Assembly: GCA_964353005.1 (NCBI GenBank)
Contig: CAYGUC010000008.1
Location: forward strand, 17,579-81,578
From: an uncultured Flavobacteriaceae bacterium
GTDB lineage: Bacteria; Bacteroidota; Bacteroidia; Flavobacteriales; Flavobacteriaceae
Reading direction: 5' to 3'
DNA: 64,000 nucleotides
In this document: piece by piece, positions 28,914-37,198 of the stretch
Numbering within the stretch: the stretch's first letter is position 1
Layout of the letters: the number at the start of each line of letters is the position of its first letter
Program-made: the position numbers and the translations under genes
Notes under the pieces: generated by a model
Databases searched by the model: none
What the model was told of the DNA's origin: nothing
Seen by the model: the letters and a program-made list of their open reading frames with translations, nothing else

Positions 28914-31039
28914 ACAAGCACCTTTTAATAGTCGTATTGACTATAGCAATCCCTTTACAAATTTGGGGTCAAACTCCTAAACAAGATAAAGACGATCCCA
29001 AAAAACCAGTTGAATTATCAGAGGTATTGGTTACTCAAAATAAACGAAAAATAAAAAATGACACCATTTCTAGTACTCTAAAAATAGACACTCCATTGAT
29101 TGAGATCCCTCAAAATATCGTTAGTGTATCCTCTTCGCTTTTAAAAGAGCAAGGAGTATTTGTTCTTCGAGATGCTGCTCGTAATGCAAGTGGTGTATAC
29201 TTTGGATTAAACAACGATGTTTTTGACGGCGCAGGAAATTTATATTTAAGAGGTTTTACTCTTAATGGAATTTTTAGAAATGGGCTCCCCAGTGGTGATT
29301 TTAGAGGATCCCAGGATGATGAAGCAATAATAGATCAAATAGAATTTATTAAAGGGCCCGCAGGTTTTTTAGGATCTACTGGTGAGGCTGGAGGAAAGAT
29401 TAATATCGTTACAAAAACCCCTGGTAATTCTAAAATTTTAAATGCTACACTTACAGGAGGTAGCTACAATTTTTATAGAGCTTCTATCGATATGGGTTCT
29501 AGTATAAAAGAAAAAGGGTTCTCATATCGTTTTAATACAGCCTATAATTATCAACAATATTTTGTAGATATTATGGAGAGTCGTAAATATATTATTGCAC
29601 CTGTTGTACAATATAACTTTACCAAACATACTTCTATCTTAGCAGAATATATTTTAAATAATCAAACTGCTATTTCAGGATCTACTTTTACCAAATTTTT
29701 TCCTGTAGACAAAATTTTAACTGATGACAGAAGAGCTAATTATCTTGCAGACCCTGGATTGCCTAATTCTACTTCTAAATCACAAAACGCCAGAGTTGTT
29801 TTTAAACATGAGTTTAATGACAATTGGAGGATAACTCACCAATCGTCTTATTCTAAAACCCCTGCCGAAACATGGTCTTTTTTATCTGAAGAAACATACA
29901 ATGCTGTAGGATTTGATGAGAACGGAAAAACAAACAGACTCGCATGGAGATCTGTTACAGACAATAAAACTCTATCTACCCAGTTTTTTGTAAATGGAAA
30001 GTTTAATACTGGAGAAAAAATAAAACACAAGATATTAATAGGAACGGAATACGCCATATCTAAGGAATCTGTTTATCAAACTTTTGGACTAAAATCATTT
30101 CCTTTTGATATAAATAATTTACAATATGGATTAGATAGAAATGAACTTTTAGATCAAGAAGCTTTTTTAGATTATAGAGCTAACAACCACTTTTTATCTA
30201 TATATTTTTATAACAATATAAAAATAGGCAAAAAATTAAGTATAGATCTTGGAGGACGATATACCGATAATCAAAATGAAACTATTTTTGATCCTAATGC
30301 TACTACATTTGATCAAGATGCTTTTACCCCCAGAGCAGGTATAACATATTTGATCGACAAAAATACTGCGGTATTTGCACTTTATGACGAAAGTTTTGTG
30401 CCCAGAAGCGGTCAAGACAAACAAGGAAACCTTTTTAAGCCAATACGTGGTCAGGATAAAGAACTGGGAATCAAAAAAAACTGGTTTGATGGGTTATTAT
30501 CTACCTCGGTTACTGCTTTTCATATCTCGAGAAATAATATGGTTACGCAAGATCCTGCTGATCCATTATTTAACAGACAACTAGGGCAGATTGTTAGTAA
30601 AGGTGTTGAAATAGATATCCTAGGTAATATAACCAAAAACATAGCTGTATCTGCTAACTATGCGTATACAAAAGCTACCATAACCAAAGATACAGATCCT
30701 GCTATTGTTGGACAGCTTTCTTCTTTTTCTCCAAAAGAACTAATTAATAGTTGGATACGTTATTCTTTTCCTGCCAATACAATTCGTGGTCTTAGTATAA
30801 GTTTAGGACATACTTCTATTATAAAAAGAGCAACCAATACAGTAGGTGCTTTTTTACCAGACTATACCAAATTTGATGGATCTATTGCTTATACAAAAGG
30901 AAAAATAACTACTCGATTATTACTCGATAATCTTACTGATAAACGATATATCTTAACTGGTGATATTTATGAAGGTAATGCATACTATACAGAAGGAACT
31001 CCTTTTAATTTCAAAATCTCGCTAAGTGTTAAGTTGTAG
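28910..31039 (+). CDS. TonB-dependent siderophore-type outer-membrane receptor
   Basis: Signal peptide, plug-domain motifs (IEFIKGPAGFLGSTGEAGGKINIVTK), size of about 700 aa and a terminal barrel strand ending ...ISLSVKL. Confidence 0.85.
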   Translation: MNKHLLIVVLTIAIPLQIWGQTPKQDKDDPKKPVELSEVLVTQNKRKIKNDTISSTLKIDTPLIEIPQNIVSVSSSLLKEQGVFVLRDAARNASGVYFGLNNDVFDGAGNLYLRGFTLNGIFRNGLPSGDFRGSQDDEAIIDQIEFIKGPAGFLGSTGEAGGKINIVTKTPGNSKILNATLTGGSYNFYRASIDMGSSIKEKGFSYRFNTAYNYQQYFVDIMESRKYIIAPVVQYNFTKHTSILAEYILNNQTAISGSTFTKFFPVDKILTDDRRANYLADPGLPNSTSKSQNARVVFKHEFNDNWRITHQSSYSKTPAETWSFLSEETYNAVGFDENGKTNRLAWRSVTDNKTLSTQFFVNGKFNTGEKIKHKILIGTEYAISKESVYQTFGLKSFPFDINNLQYGLDRNELLDQEAFLDYRANNHFLSIYFYNNIKIGKKLSIDLGGRYTDNQNETIFDPNATTFDQDAFTPRAGITYLIDKNTAVFALYDESFVPRSGQDKQGNLFKPIRGQDKELGIKKNWFDGLLSTSVTAFHISRNNMVTQDPADPLFNRQLGQIVSKGVEIDILGNITKNIAVSANYAYTKATITKDTDPAIVGQLSSFSPKELINSWIRYSFPANTIRGLSISLGHTSIIKRATNTVGAFLPDYTKFDGSIAYTKGKITTRLLLDNLTDKRYILTGDIYEGNAYYTEGTPFNFKISLSVKL

Positions 31040-31059
31040 AAAAATCATGTTAATTAAAA

Positions 31060-31074
31060 TGCAACTTAGTTGCA
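31060..31074. promoter_or_regulatory. Palindrome TGCAACTTAGTTGCA (site 2 of 3); could also serve as the receptor-gene terminator stem
   Basis: Perfect inverted repeat, extendable to aaaatgcaac tta gttgcatttt (31056-31078). Lies between the receptor stop (31039) and the precursor start (31167). Confidence 0.5.
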
Positions 31075-31166
31075 TTTTAATTATTTCTTGCTTATTTTTA
31101 ATCGTTGCAACAAAATGGGATAAGCCGACCCCATTTTTATAAGGCATAATTTAAAAATTATCAAAC

Positions 31167-31364
31167 ATGAAAAATTCAAAGAATAAATTAACATTAGATG
31201 AATTACAAGTAGAAAGTTTTGTAACTAGCATCAGTTCTGAAGTATCACAACATATCGCTGGTGGTATGGGTATAGCTAAGCACCCAACTCATACTGGCAG
31301 AACAGATCGTCATGCAGGATGCACATGCGCAAATCAGCTTCAAGGGCCTGCCTTTGATTTATAA
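31167..31364 (+). CDS. Lanthipeptide-type RiPP precursor peptide (33-aa leader ending GG, 32-aa core)
   Basis: MKNSKNKLTLDELQVESFVTSISSEVSQHIAGG | MGIAKHPTHTGRTDRHAGCTCANQLQGPAFDL. Convergent with the LanC-like gene and adjacent to it. Confidence 0.7.
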   Translation: MKNSKNKLTLDELQVESFVTSISSEVSQHIAGGMGIAKHPTHTGRTDRHAGCTCANQLQGPAFDL

Positions 31365-31371
31365 AAATTAT

Positions 31372-31396
31372 ATGCGGGCTATATTATAGCCCGCAT
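31372..31396. terminator. Bidirectional hairpin terminator between the precursor and the LanC-like gene
   Basis: atgcgggctat / atagcccgcat perfect 11-bp stem with a 3-nt loop, followed by T-rich sequence. Confidence 0.8.
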
Positions 31397-31399
31397 TCT

Positions 31400-33346
31400 T
31401 TATTTAGTCTCTATAAAATTTTGTTCCATAAAATATAATAACTGTTGTATCAGTCTATTCTGTATAGTTTCTTCATCATGCGTTCCTAATTTCTTTTTTA
31501 ACAACTCTATTAAATCATACAAAGTTCTTGGTCTTTTTAAGATATCCAGTAGTAAAGTACTAGATAGATTAAGAGGAAATTCTTCTATATCTTGAAGCCC
31601 TAATCTTAATAAAACAGGGTGTATATCTCTATCGATATACTGATTTTTTATACACATATTTTTATCAAATTTTGGCCATTGCCATTCGCAGTTTATTATT
31701 TTGATATTTTTACTTGTCTGAAATGTATATTTATAAAACAAACTTGGGTCTAGGTTTTTAAATTTAGATAGTTGTTTTATAAAAAAATCATTTTTATGTT
31801 CTCGATAAATGTTATAATTAGAATTCACAAGCATTTCTATAGCAGCACTTTCTAACTTAAAGACATCCTTTGCTATTTTGCTTTTTTCTGCATCTAGTGT
31901 TTTTATAAGGGTTGAAATCTTTCTACCAAAACCACGACTATTAAACCCATACTGTCCATTTTTGTAAATTATATCTACACAAATATTATTACTCTCTAAA
32001 AACCAAACGGTTCGTTTTACATATTTTTCGTAAATATTTTTTTTAAAACACTCCAAAGTCACTTTACTCTCTACAGGAAATTGCTTTTTAGATTTAATTC
32101 TTGGTAGAAGTATCGAGTCTATGTTTTTATCTAATATTTGTAAAAATAAATGTCCTATACCCGAAACACCAACTAACAACGCAGGATCTTGTTTATTTGT
32201 ATACCATCCTGATCCATAAAAACCTGTATCCTTCCTATCCTCTATTACTTTATTTACTAAGTTTTGCACTTCATTTGTTAAGGATTTTTCTCTTAAACCT
32301 CTAGAAGCAGTAAGTAGTAACTCTATCCATGACCCAATACCAGTACTTAAAGTATAATTTGGCTCCTTTATCTCTCTTTTAATATCCGAAATAGTTTTAG
32401 TAATTGCTCTTGTTGCAAAATTTTTATATCTCTTTTTTTTAAGAAACCTGTACGCATTAAGTCTTGATAATCCTATACCAGAATTGCCATGTGCCCAAGT
32501 ATTAACATCTTCTTCATTTTCTAAATAATAAGATAAACCTTGCTCTAAGGATATGCTTTTTATTTTTGGGTTATCAGAAACTTGCATATTAATCCAAGAG
32601 CCCAACGAAGTACTATAATATTCGTCCTCATAAGCAAATGCTTTTTCTGCAATCCATTTTAATTCTGGATAATCCAGAGCCTCTCCTATTTCTAATAAAA
32701 CATGTGCAATACCGCATGCCCCATGCGACATACCAATTAGACTATCTATAGTCTCACTAACATACCCCCATTTTAATCCATATTTTGAAATGCGTGCATT
32801 CTTCAATATTTTTTCTATAAGTATTTTAATTGTTTTTTCTTGGTCGGTATCTTTTGTATAGGTATATAATAATGTTATTACAAATAAATTTCCTGCATTT
32901 CCACTTAATAAATCATCTAATTCTACTTCATTTACAATTCCACTTTTAAGTTCTAAAAACAATGCATTTGCTTTATCTAAATTTAATGAGTTTTCTGTAG
33001 CTTCATATAATTTTACTAAAGCATAGATAACCCCAACTGTTCCTGTATAAAAAGTATAGTACTTAGTAGCGAGTGTTTTTATATGATGAATTGACCAGGA
33101 AATACTTTTTTCTGCGATATGTAAATATTTATCCTCTTTAGTATATTTATATAAGGAAATAAAGAATAAAGAAATTCCGGATACTCCATTATAAATTTCT
33201 TCATTTACTTGACTATAAAGCTCTCCATAAGGTTGCTTATGTAATGTTTCCCAATACAACCCATTTGCATCCTCTTTTGAATTCTTAATTAACTCTTCTG
33301 CTATCCACAATACTTCCTTATATACTATATTTTTTATTTTACGCAT
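31400..33346 (-). CDS. LanC-like (lanthionine synthetase C family) protein with an uncharacterised C-terminal extension of about 230 aa
   Basis: Seven GxxG-type toroid repeats (NGVSGISLF, TGTVGVIYAL, SGNAGNLFV, MSHGACGIAHVL, AHGNSGIGLS, STGIGSWIEL, VGVSGIGHLF). The LanC portion ends near aa 415 of 648. Confidence 0.75.
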   Translation of the reverse strand: MRKIKNIVYKEVLWIAEELIKNSKEDANGLYWETLHKQPYGELYSQVNEEIYNGVSGISLFFISLYKYTKEDKYLHIAEKSISWSIHHIKTLATKYYTFYTGTVGVIYALVKLYEATENSLNLDKANALFLELKSGIVNEVELDDLLSGNAGNLFVITLLYTYTKDTDQEKTIKILIEKILKNARISKYGLKWGYVSETIDSLIGMSHGACGIAHVLLEIGEALDYPELKWIAEKAFAYEDEYYSTSLGSWINMQVSDNPKIKSISLEQGLSYYLENEEDVNTWAHGNSGIGLSRLNAYRFLKKKRYKNFATRAITKTISDIKREIKEPNYTLSTGIGSWIELLLTASRGLREKSLTNEVQNLVNKVIEDRKDTGFYGSGWYTNKQDPALLVGVSGIGHLFLQILDKNIDSILLPRIKSKKQFPVESKVTLECFKKNIYEKYVKRTVWFLESNNICVDIIYKNGQYGFNSRGFGRKISTLIKTLDAEKSKIAKDVFKLESAAIEMLVNSNYNIYREHKNDFFIKQLSKFKNLDPSLFYKYTFQTSKNIKIINCEWQWPKFDKNMCIKNQYIDRDIHPVLLRLGLQDIEEFPLNLSSTLLLDILKRPRTLYDLIELLKKKLGTHDEETIQNRLIQQLLYFMEQNFIETK

Positions 33347-34238
33347 CTAGACTTCTATTTTCTAAACATTTATACAATAAATAAACAAGATAAGCCTCGT
33401 CTGCATTTATGATACCTATACGATTATGTGTTATATGCATAAAACTAGTAGTGATACTCAATTCTACCTTTAAGCTGATTTTTTTTTCTTTGTATCCCTT
33501 ATTTACATTCGCATTTTTTAAAAAATATGTGTTTAACCAAGTATCTTTTTGAAGATTTATTTCAATATCTTTTAAGAATGTAGAGATTACTGGTATCATT
33601 TGTTCTTTGTATACATCAAATTTTTTAGCAAATTCTGAAAGAAAAAATTGCTGCTGCTCTTTTTCTGGTTTAGATACATCATATAAAACAGGAAGCCACT
33701 CTTGTACAAAAAGCTTGCAAGCATTCTTCATTTCCTCAGTACTAAATCTTATACTAACAAAAAAAAGCAAATGCATTTTTATTGCTAATAGAAAGGCTGT
33801 ATTGTCTTTCCAGTTTTTAGAATAGTATGCCAAATTATACAATACAACTTCAGAACTGGATTCAAATTGTTTCTCTGCTTCCTCCATTACATGCACACCA
33901 CCATATCTATTTATCTCAGGAATATAATCCACAAATTGAATAGGATTACATAGATTTTTTTTGTCTTTTATTGTATTTTTTTCTGTAATAGACCAATATA
34001 TTTCGCTTTCTTTTTTCAGTCTTTCTTTCCATTTGTTTTCCTTATCTTTTTCGACTAACAATCTTAGCCTTATATGCGGCCCTCCTTCATTATATCGAAT
34101 AAAAAAGTATTTCGACAAACCTTTTTCTTTTTGCATTTTTTCTATAAAAAGATGAACAAAATCTATAAGAAATTTATTTGCGGATCCTTTATAAAATAAA
34201 TACGCTGAAATCCATATTTGATTACTTGTGTCTATCAT
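33339..34238 (-). CDS. Stand-alone LanB C-terminal (SpaB_C / thiopeptide-type glutamate-elimination) domain protein
   Basis: Signature WISAYLFY...KYFFIRYNEGGPHIRLRL. Size of about 300 aa, with an 8-bp overlap onto the LanC-like gene. Confidence 0.75.
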   Translation of the reverse strand: MIDTSNQIWISAYLFYKGSANKFLIDFVHLFIEKMQKEKGLSKYFFIRYNEGGPHIRLRLLVEKDKENKWKERLKKESEIYWSITEKNTIKDKKNLCNPIQFVDYIPEINRYGGVHVMEEAEKQFESSSEVVLYNLAYYSKNWKDNTAFLLAIKMHLLFFVSIRFSTEEMKNACKLFVQEWLPVLYDVSKPEKEQQQFFLSEFAKKFDVYKEQMIPVISTFLKDIEINLQKDTWLNTYFLKNANVNKGYKEKKISLKVELSITTSFMHITHNRIGIINADEAYLVYLLYKCLENRSLDA

Positions 34239-34240
34239 AA

Positions 34241-36958
34241 TTATTTAAAATACCATTGTACCAAGAGTTCATTAACTGGTTGTTCTTTTAGTGTTTCTGT
34301 ATCTGGAGACATCTCTTCAAAATAGATATACTCCTTGGCTTTTTTAAGTAATTTATTCCATAAAATCATAAGTAATGGGCTATCAAATCGAATATATTGT
34401 GGTTTATAATCGTCTGCCTGACCTTGCTCTTTTGTAGTTGAATTAGCTCGTAGATATAAAAAAATCTGATCAGGAAAATTGTGTTTTTGTTTCCATTGGT
34501 TAATGGATAAAAAATAGTCGGCATCACTTTGTTGCTCTCCTTTTTTTGGGATGGATTCTGTAAGCACAGACCATCGTTTTCTTTTTAAAATAATTTGTTT
34601 ATTATATATCAGTCTAGGGAAATAATAAATTTCCTGTTTTGTAGATGTTTTCTTAGTGTCAAATAGTAATTCTTGTACCGCTTTTTGTATTGGTCTAAAA
34701 CTTATTGTCTGGTCTGGAGAAAAATAGGATAACAGTTGGTATAGTTTTGACCGATGATCTAAAGACTCGAGGCAGAGATCAAATGGCAAAATTCGTTTAC
34801 CTGTAACAGAATGTTTTAAGCATACTTCTTGAATATCTTCATCAAAATATACCCGAATATCTTTTACTGCAATTTGTGATTCTATGGGCAAACTGGTATG
34901 CCCATCAGGAATTTTAATTTCGTGATCTAATAATGGAGGGTGAGAGTTCGCATTAAAATAAGATCCATCACTTAACTCCATAAATAAGGATTCTTTAGAA
35001 TTTTGCACATTATGTGTTTTCAAATCCTTTGTTATATTAGGATTAAAAAGATGCAAAAATCGACCACTTGCTCTTCCCATACCTTGAGAAATGCTATTTA
35101 CAACAACTTGAAAATTATTTTCAACATAAAATACTTGCATAAACATTCCTCGAGAAATCAATGGTGTTTTTCTATTGTTTTTCCATTGTTCCTGCATTGT
35201 TTTTAGAATATTAGTATCTATATGTATTTCATCTTTATTTTTATCAATTATTGGTTTTAAAATACATTTAAAATCTTCGATCCATTTACGATAGGTTTGA
35301 TTATAATTTTCTTGATGTTCATCTATATATCTATCTGTATTATCATTCTTAAGATCTTGTTGGGATTTTTTTATATGTAGATAATATAGATTATAAAAAT
35401 CCAAAAGGCTTATTTCTGCTTTTTTACCGTAATAATCTATATAAAAAGATTGTATTCTGTTTCTTTCTTCTTGAAAACTATCTAATGGCTGTAATAGATC
35501 TATAAGACTATTTATATCTTTGATAGCAGTAGTAAGCAGTGTTTTACTAACCTCTCCTCTCTCCTTTATAAAACTATCTTCATATATTAATTTTTCTGTA
35601 GTAAGTGATGGAAGTACATATAGATGTTTTTTTAATTTTTCTGAAGCAAATAAACTTTTATAGTTTTCTTTATATGCTTTATAATCTTTTTTAAAAATGT
35701 TCATGTTTTCTAGAAAATGCTCAAATAGCATACTAAAATCTTTAAACATTTCTTCCAAAATTGTACTTCTCTCTTTTGTATTAGAGGTAGCATAAATTTC
35801 ACAACATACGTGTTGTTTTTCCAAAACTAAAATCGTTTGTTTTAAAGACTGTGAAGATGATTTTATTTGCCTAAGAAAATTCAGTAATTTCGAACTCCAA
35901 TCTGGATCTATCCCCGAAGTTTTAAAATCAAATTCTAAAAGACCTATTTCTACTAATTTTAATAAATACTCTTTTATTTCTTTAGGATTTCCTGCTATAG
36001 ATTCTTGTAACTTTTCAATGAACTCATACATCCTTAAAGAATCTTTTTGCTTTACTATTTCCAAAAGCAATTGTATTACACCAGTATGAGGTATGTTTTG
36101 AAAAGATTCTAAATTATGAAAATTAATAAGAAAAGATACTTTATCCTCTGTTGTTTGGATTGTTGGGTTAAGCTTTAGATATAAATATTCATTAATTTCG
36201 GGATGTAGAATAAGTAGTGTTTTTAAATAATCAAATATCCCGTTATTTAACCTTATTTTACTCTGTATTTCGCCTTTTGCAAGTGTATAGGCATCTTCTT
36301 TTTCAATTAAATTACACACTCCCAGATTAGTAAAAGTGCTAAAAGGAGAAGTCTTAAAGTACATTCGGGTAAGATATCGTAACAAACTATACTCTAATCG
36401 GATTTCTTTTTTACCAAAAGAGGATACTGCTTTTTTTGAAAATGTATCTAACTGATTGTAAAAAACTTTACTCGATAATCTAACTCCTTTTTGAAAAAGT
36501 TCATTTTTTGATAATTCTTGTACTATACAACGATGCTCTCTAATGGTATCTATATATCTACTATCCCAGTTTATAAGTAGCTGCTCTTTCTTTTCTTTTA
36601 AAACAATATAAAGCTCAAATAAATCCTTATTTTCCTTATTTAATTTTTCTAAAAGTTTAATCCTATGTGTAGGAGTAATATTTCTAGAATTATAAACATC
36701 TCTTTTTATATTAATGAAAAATTGCTTGTCTGAAGGTGAGGAAGCCTCCCCTACTAAAGTGTGTAAATAATTACAAAGCTTATCTTTTAGAGTATCTATT
36801 TCTAATCCTAAAGTATTCAATTCTTTTATAAAACCCTTTACCGAATCATCCCTAAGCCTCTCAAAATCTAAATGATTACCAGAAGCATATCGAAGAAACG
36901 AGTATGGAAAAATTTCAAATTTCTCTAGACAATTAGCAGTATTTTTTTTCATTATCAA
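34241..36958 (-). CDS. Lantibiotic dehydratase N-terminal (glutamylation) domain protein (split LanB)
   Basis: 905 aa. The N-terminal F..FPYSFLRYASG and the internal GMGRASGRFLHLF are typical of Lant_dehydr_N as I recall it. A 2-bp gap separates it from the elimination-domain gene. Confidence 0.7.
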   Translation of the reverse strand: MIMKKNTANCLEKFEIFPYSFLRYASGNHLDFERLRDDSVKGFIKELNTLGLEIDTLKDKLCNYLHTLVGEASSPSDKQFFINIKRDVYNSRNITPTHRIKLLEKLNKENKDLFELYIVLKEKKEQLLINWDSRYIDTIREHRCIVQELSKNELFQKGVRLSSKVFYNQLDTFSKKAVSSFGKKEIRLEYSLLRYLTRMYFKTSPFSTFTNLGVCNLIEKEDAYTLAKGEIQSKIRLNNGIFDYLKTLLILHPEINEYLYLKLNPTIQTTEDKVSFLINFHNLESFQNIPHTGVIQLLLEIVKQKDSLRMYEFIEKLQESIAGNPKEIKEYLLKLVEIGLLEFDFKTSGIDPDWSSKLLNFLRQIKSSSQSLKQTILVLEKQHVCCEIYATSNTKERSTILEEMFKDFSMLFEHFLENMNIFKKDYKAYKENYKSLFASEKLKKHLYVLPSLTTEKLIYEDSFIKERGEVSKTLLTTAIKDINSLIDLLQPLDSFQEERNRIQSFYIDYYGKKAEISLLDFYNLYYLHIKKSQQDLKNDNTDRYIDEHQENYNQTYRKWIEDFKCILKPIIDKNKDEIHIDTNILKTMQEQWKNNRKTPLISRGMFMQVFYVENNFQVVVNSISQGMGRASGRFLHLFNPNITKDLKTHNVQNSKESLFMELSDGSYFNANSHPPLLDHEIKIPDGHTSLPIESQIAVKDIRVYFDEDIQEVCLKHSVTGKRILPFDLCLESLDHRSKLYQLLSYFSPDQTISFRPIQKAVQELLFDTKKTSTKQEIYYFPRLIYNKQIILKRKRWSVLTESIPKKGEQQSDADYFLSINQWKQKHNFPDQIFLYLRANSTTKEQGQADDYKPQYIRFDSPLLMILWNKLLKKAKEYIYFEEMSPDTETLKEQPVNELLVQWYFK

Positions 36959-37039
36959 TATAGTATCCTGAGGATGATATCTGTTATATATTCTGTTTTT
37001 GGCTCCAAAATTTTATAAAAAAACAAGCCTGGTAATTTT

Positions 37040-37054
37040 ATGCAACTTTGTTGC
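37040..37054. promoter_or_regulatory. Palindrome TGCAACTTTGTTGCA (site 3 of 3) in the divergent lanB / fur-like intergenic region
   Basis: Perfect inverted repeat. It lies 82 bp upstream of the lanB-N start (minus strand) and 145 bp upstream of the Fur-family gene (plus strand). Confidence 0.55.
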
Positions 37055-37198
37055 AATATATGAATTGTTTTTTAAAATAAATTATCTCTTTTATTGAAAT
37101 GGCATTTATATTATTTATATGTGTAGCCATTAATTATCCATATATTTATCGCACCATAACTTTTATATGCCAATAAATGATTAAATTTACTTTCTGAT

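Noticed and set aside
31056-31078. Palindrome site 2 interpreted purely as an operator
   Set aside because: Not fully rejected. Its position 17 bp after the receptor stop and its A-run/T-run flanks fit an intrinsic terminator equally well. The operator reading rests only on its near-identity to the other two sites.
31047-31142. 31-aa hydrophobic small ORF (MLIKMQLSCILIISCLFLIVATKWDKPTPFL) between the receptor and the precursor
   Set aside because: It is built almost entirely from the two intergenic hairpins/palindromes (31056-31078 and 31112-31137). No independent support exists. I keep it only as a remote possibility of a small membrane or immunity peptide.
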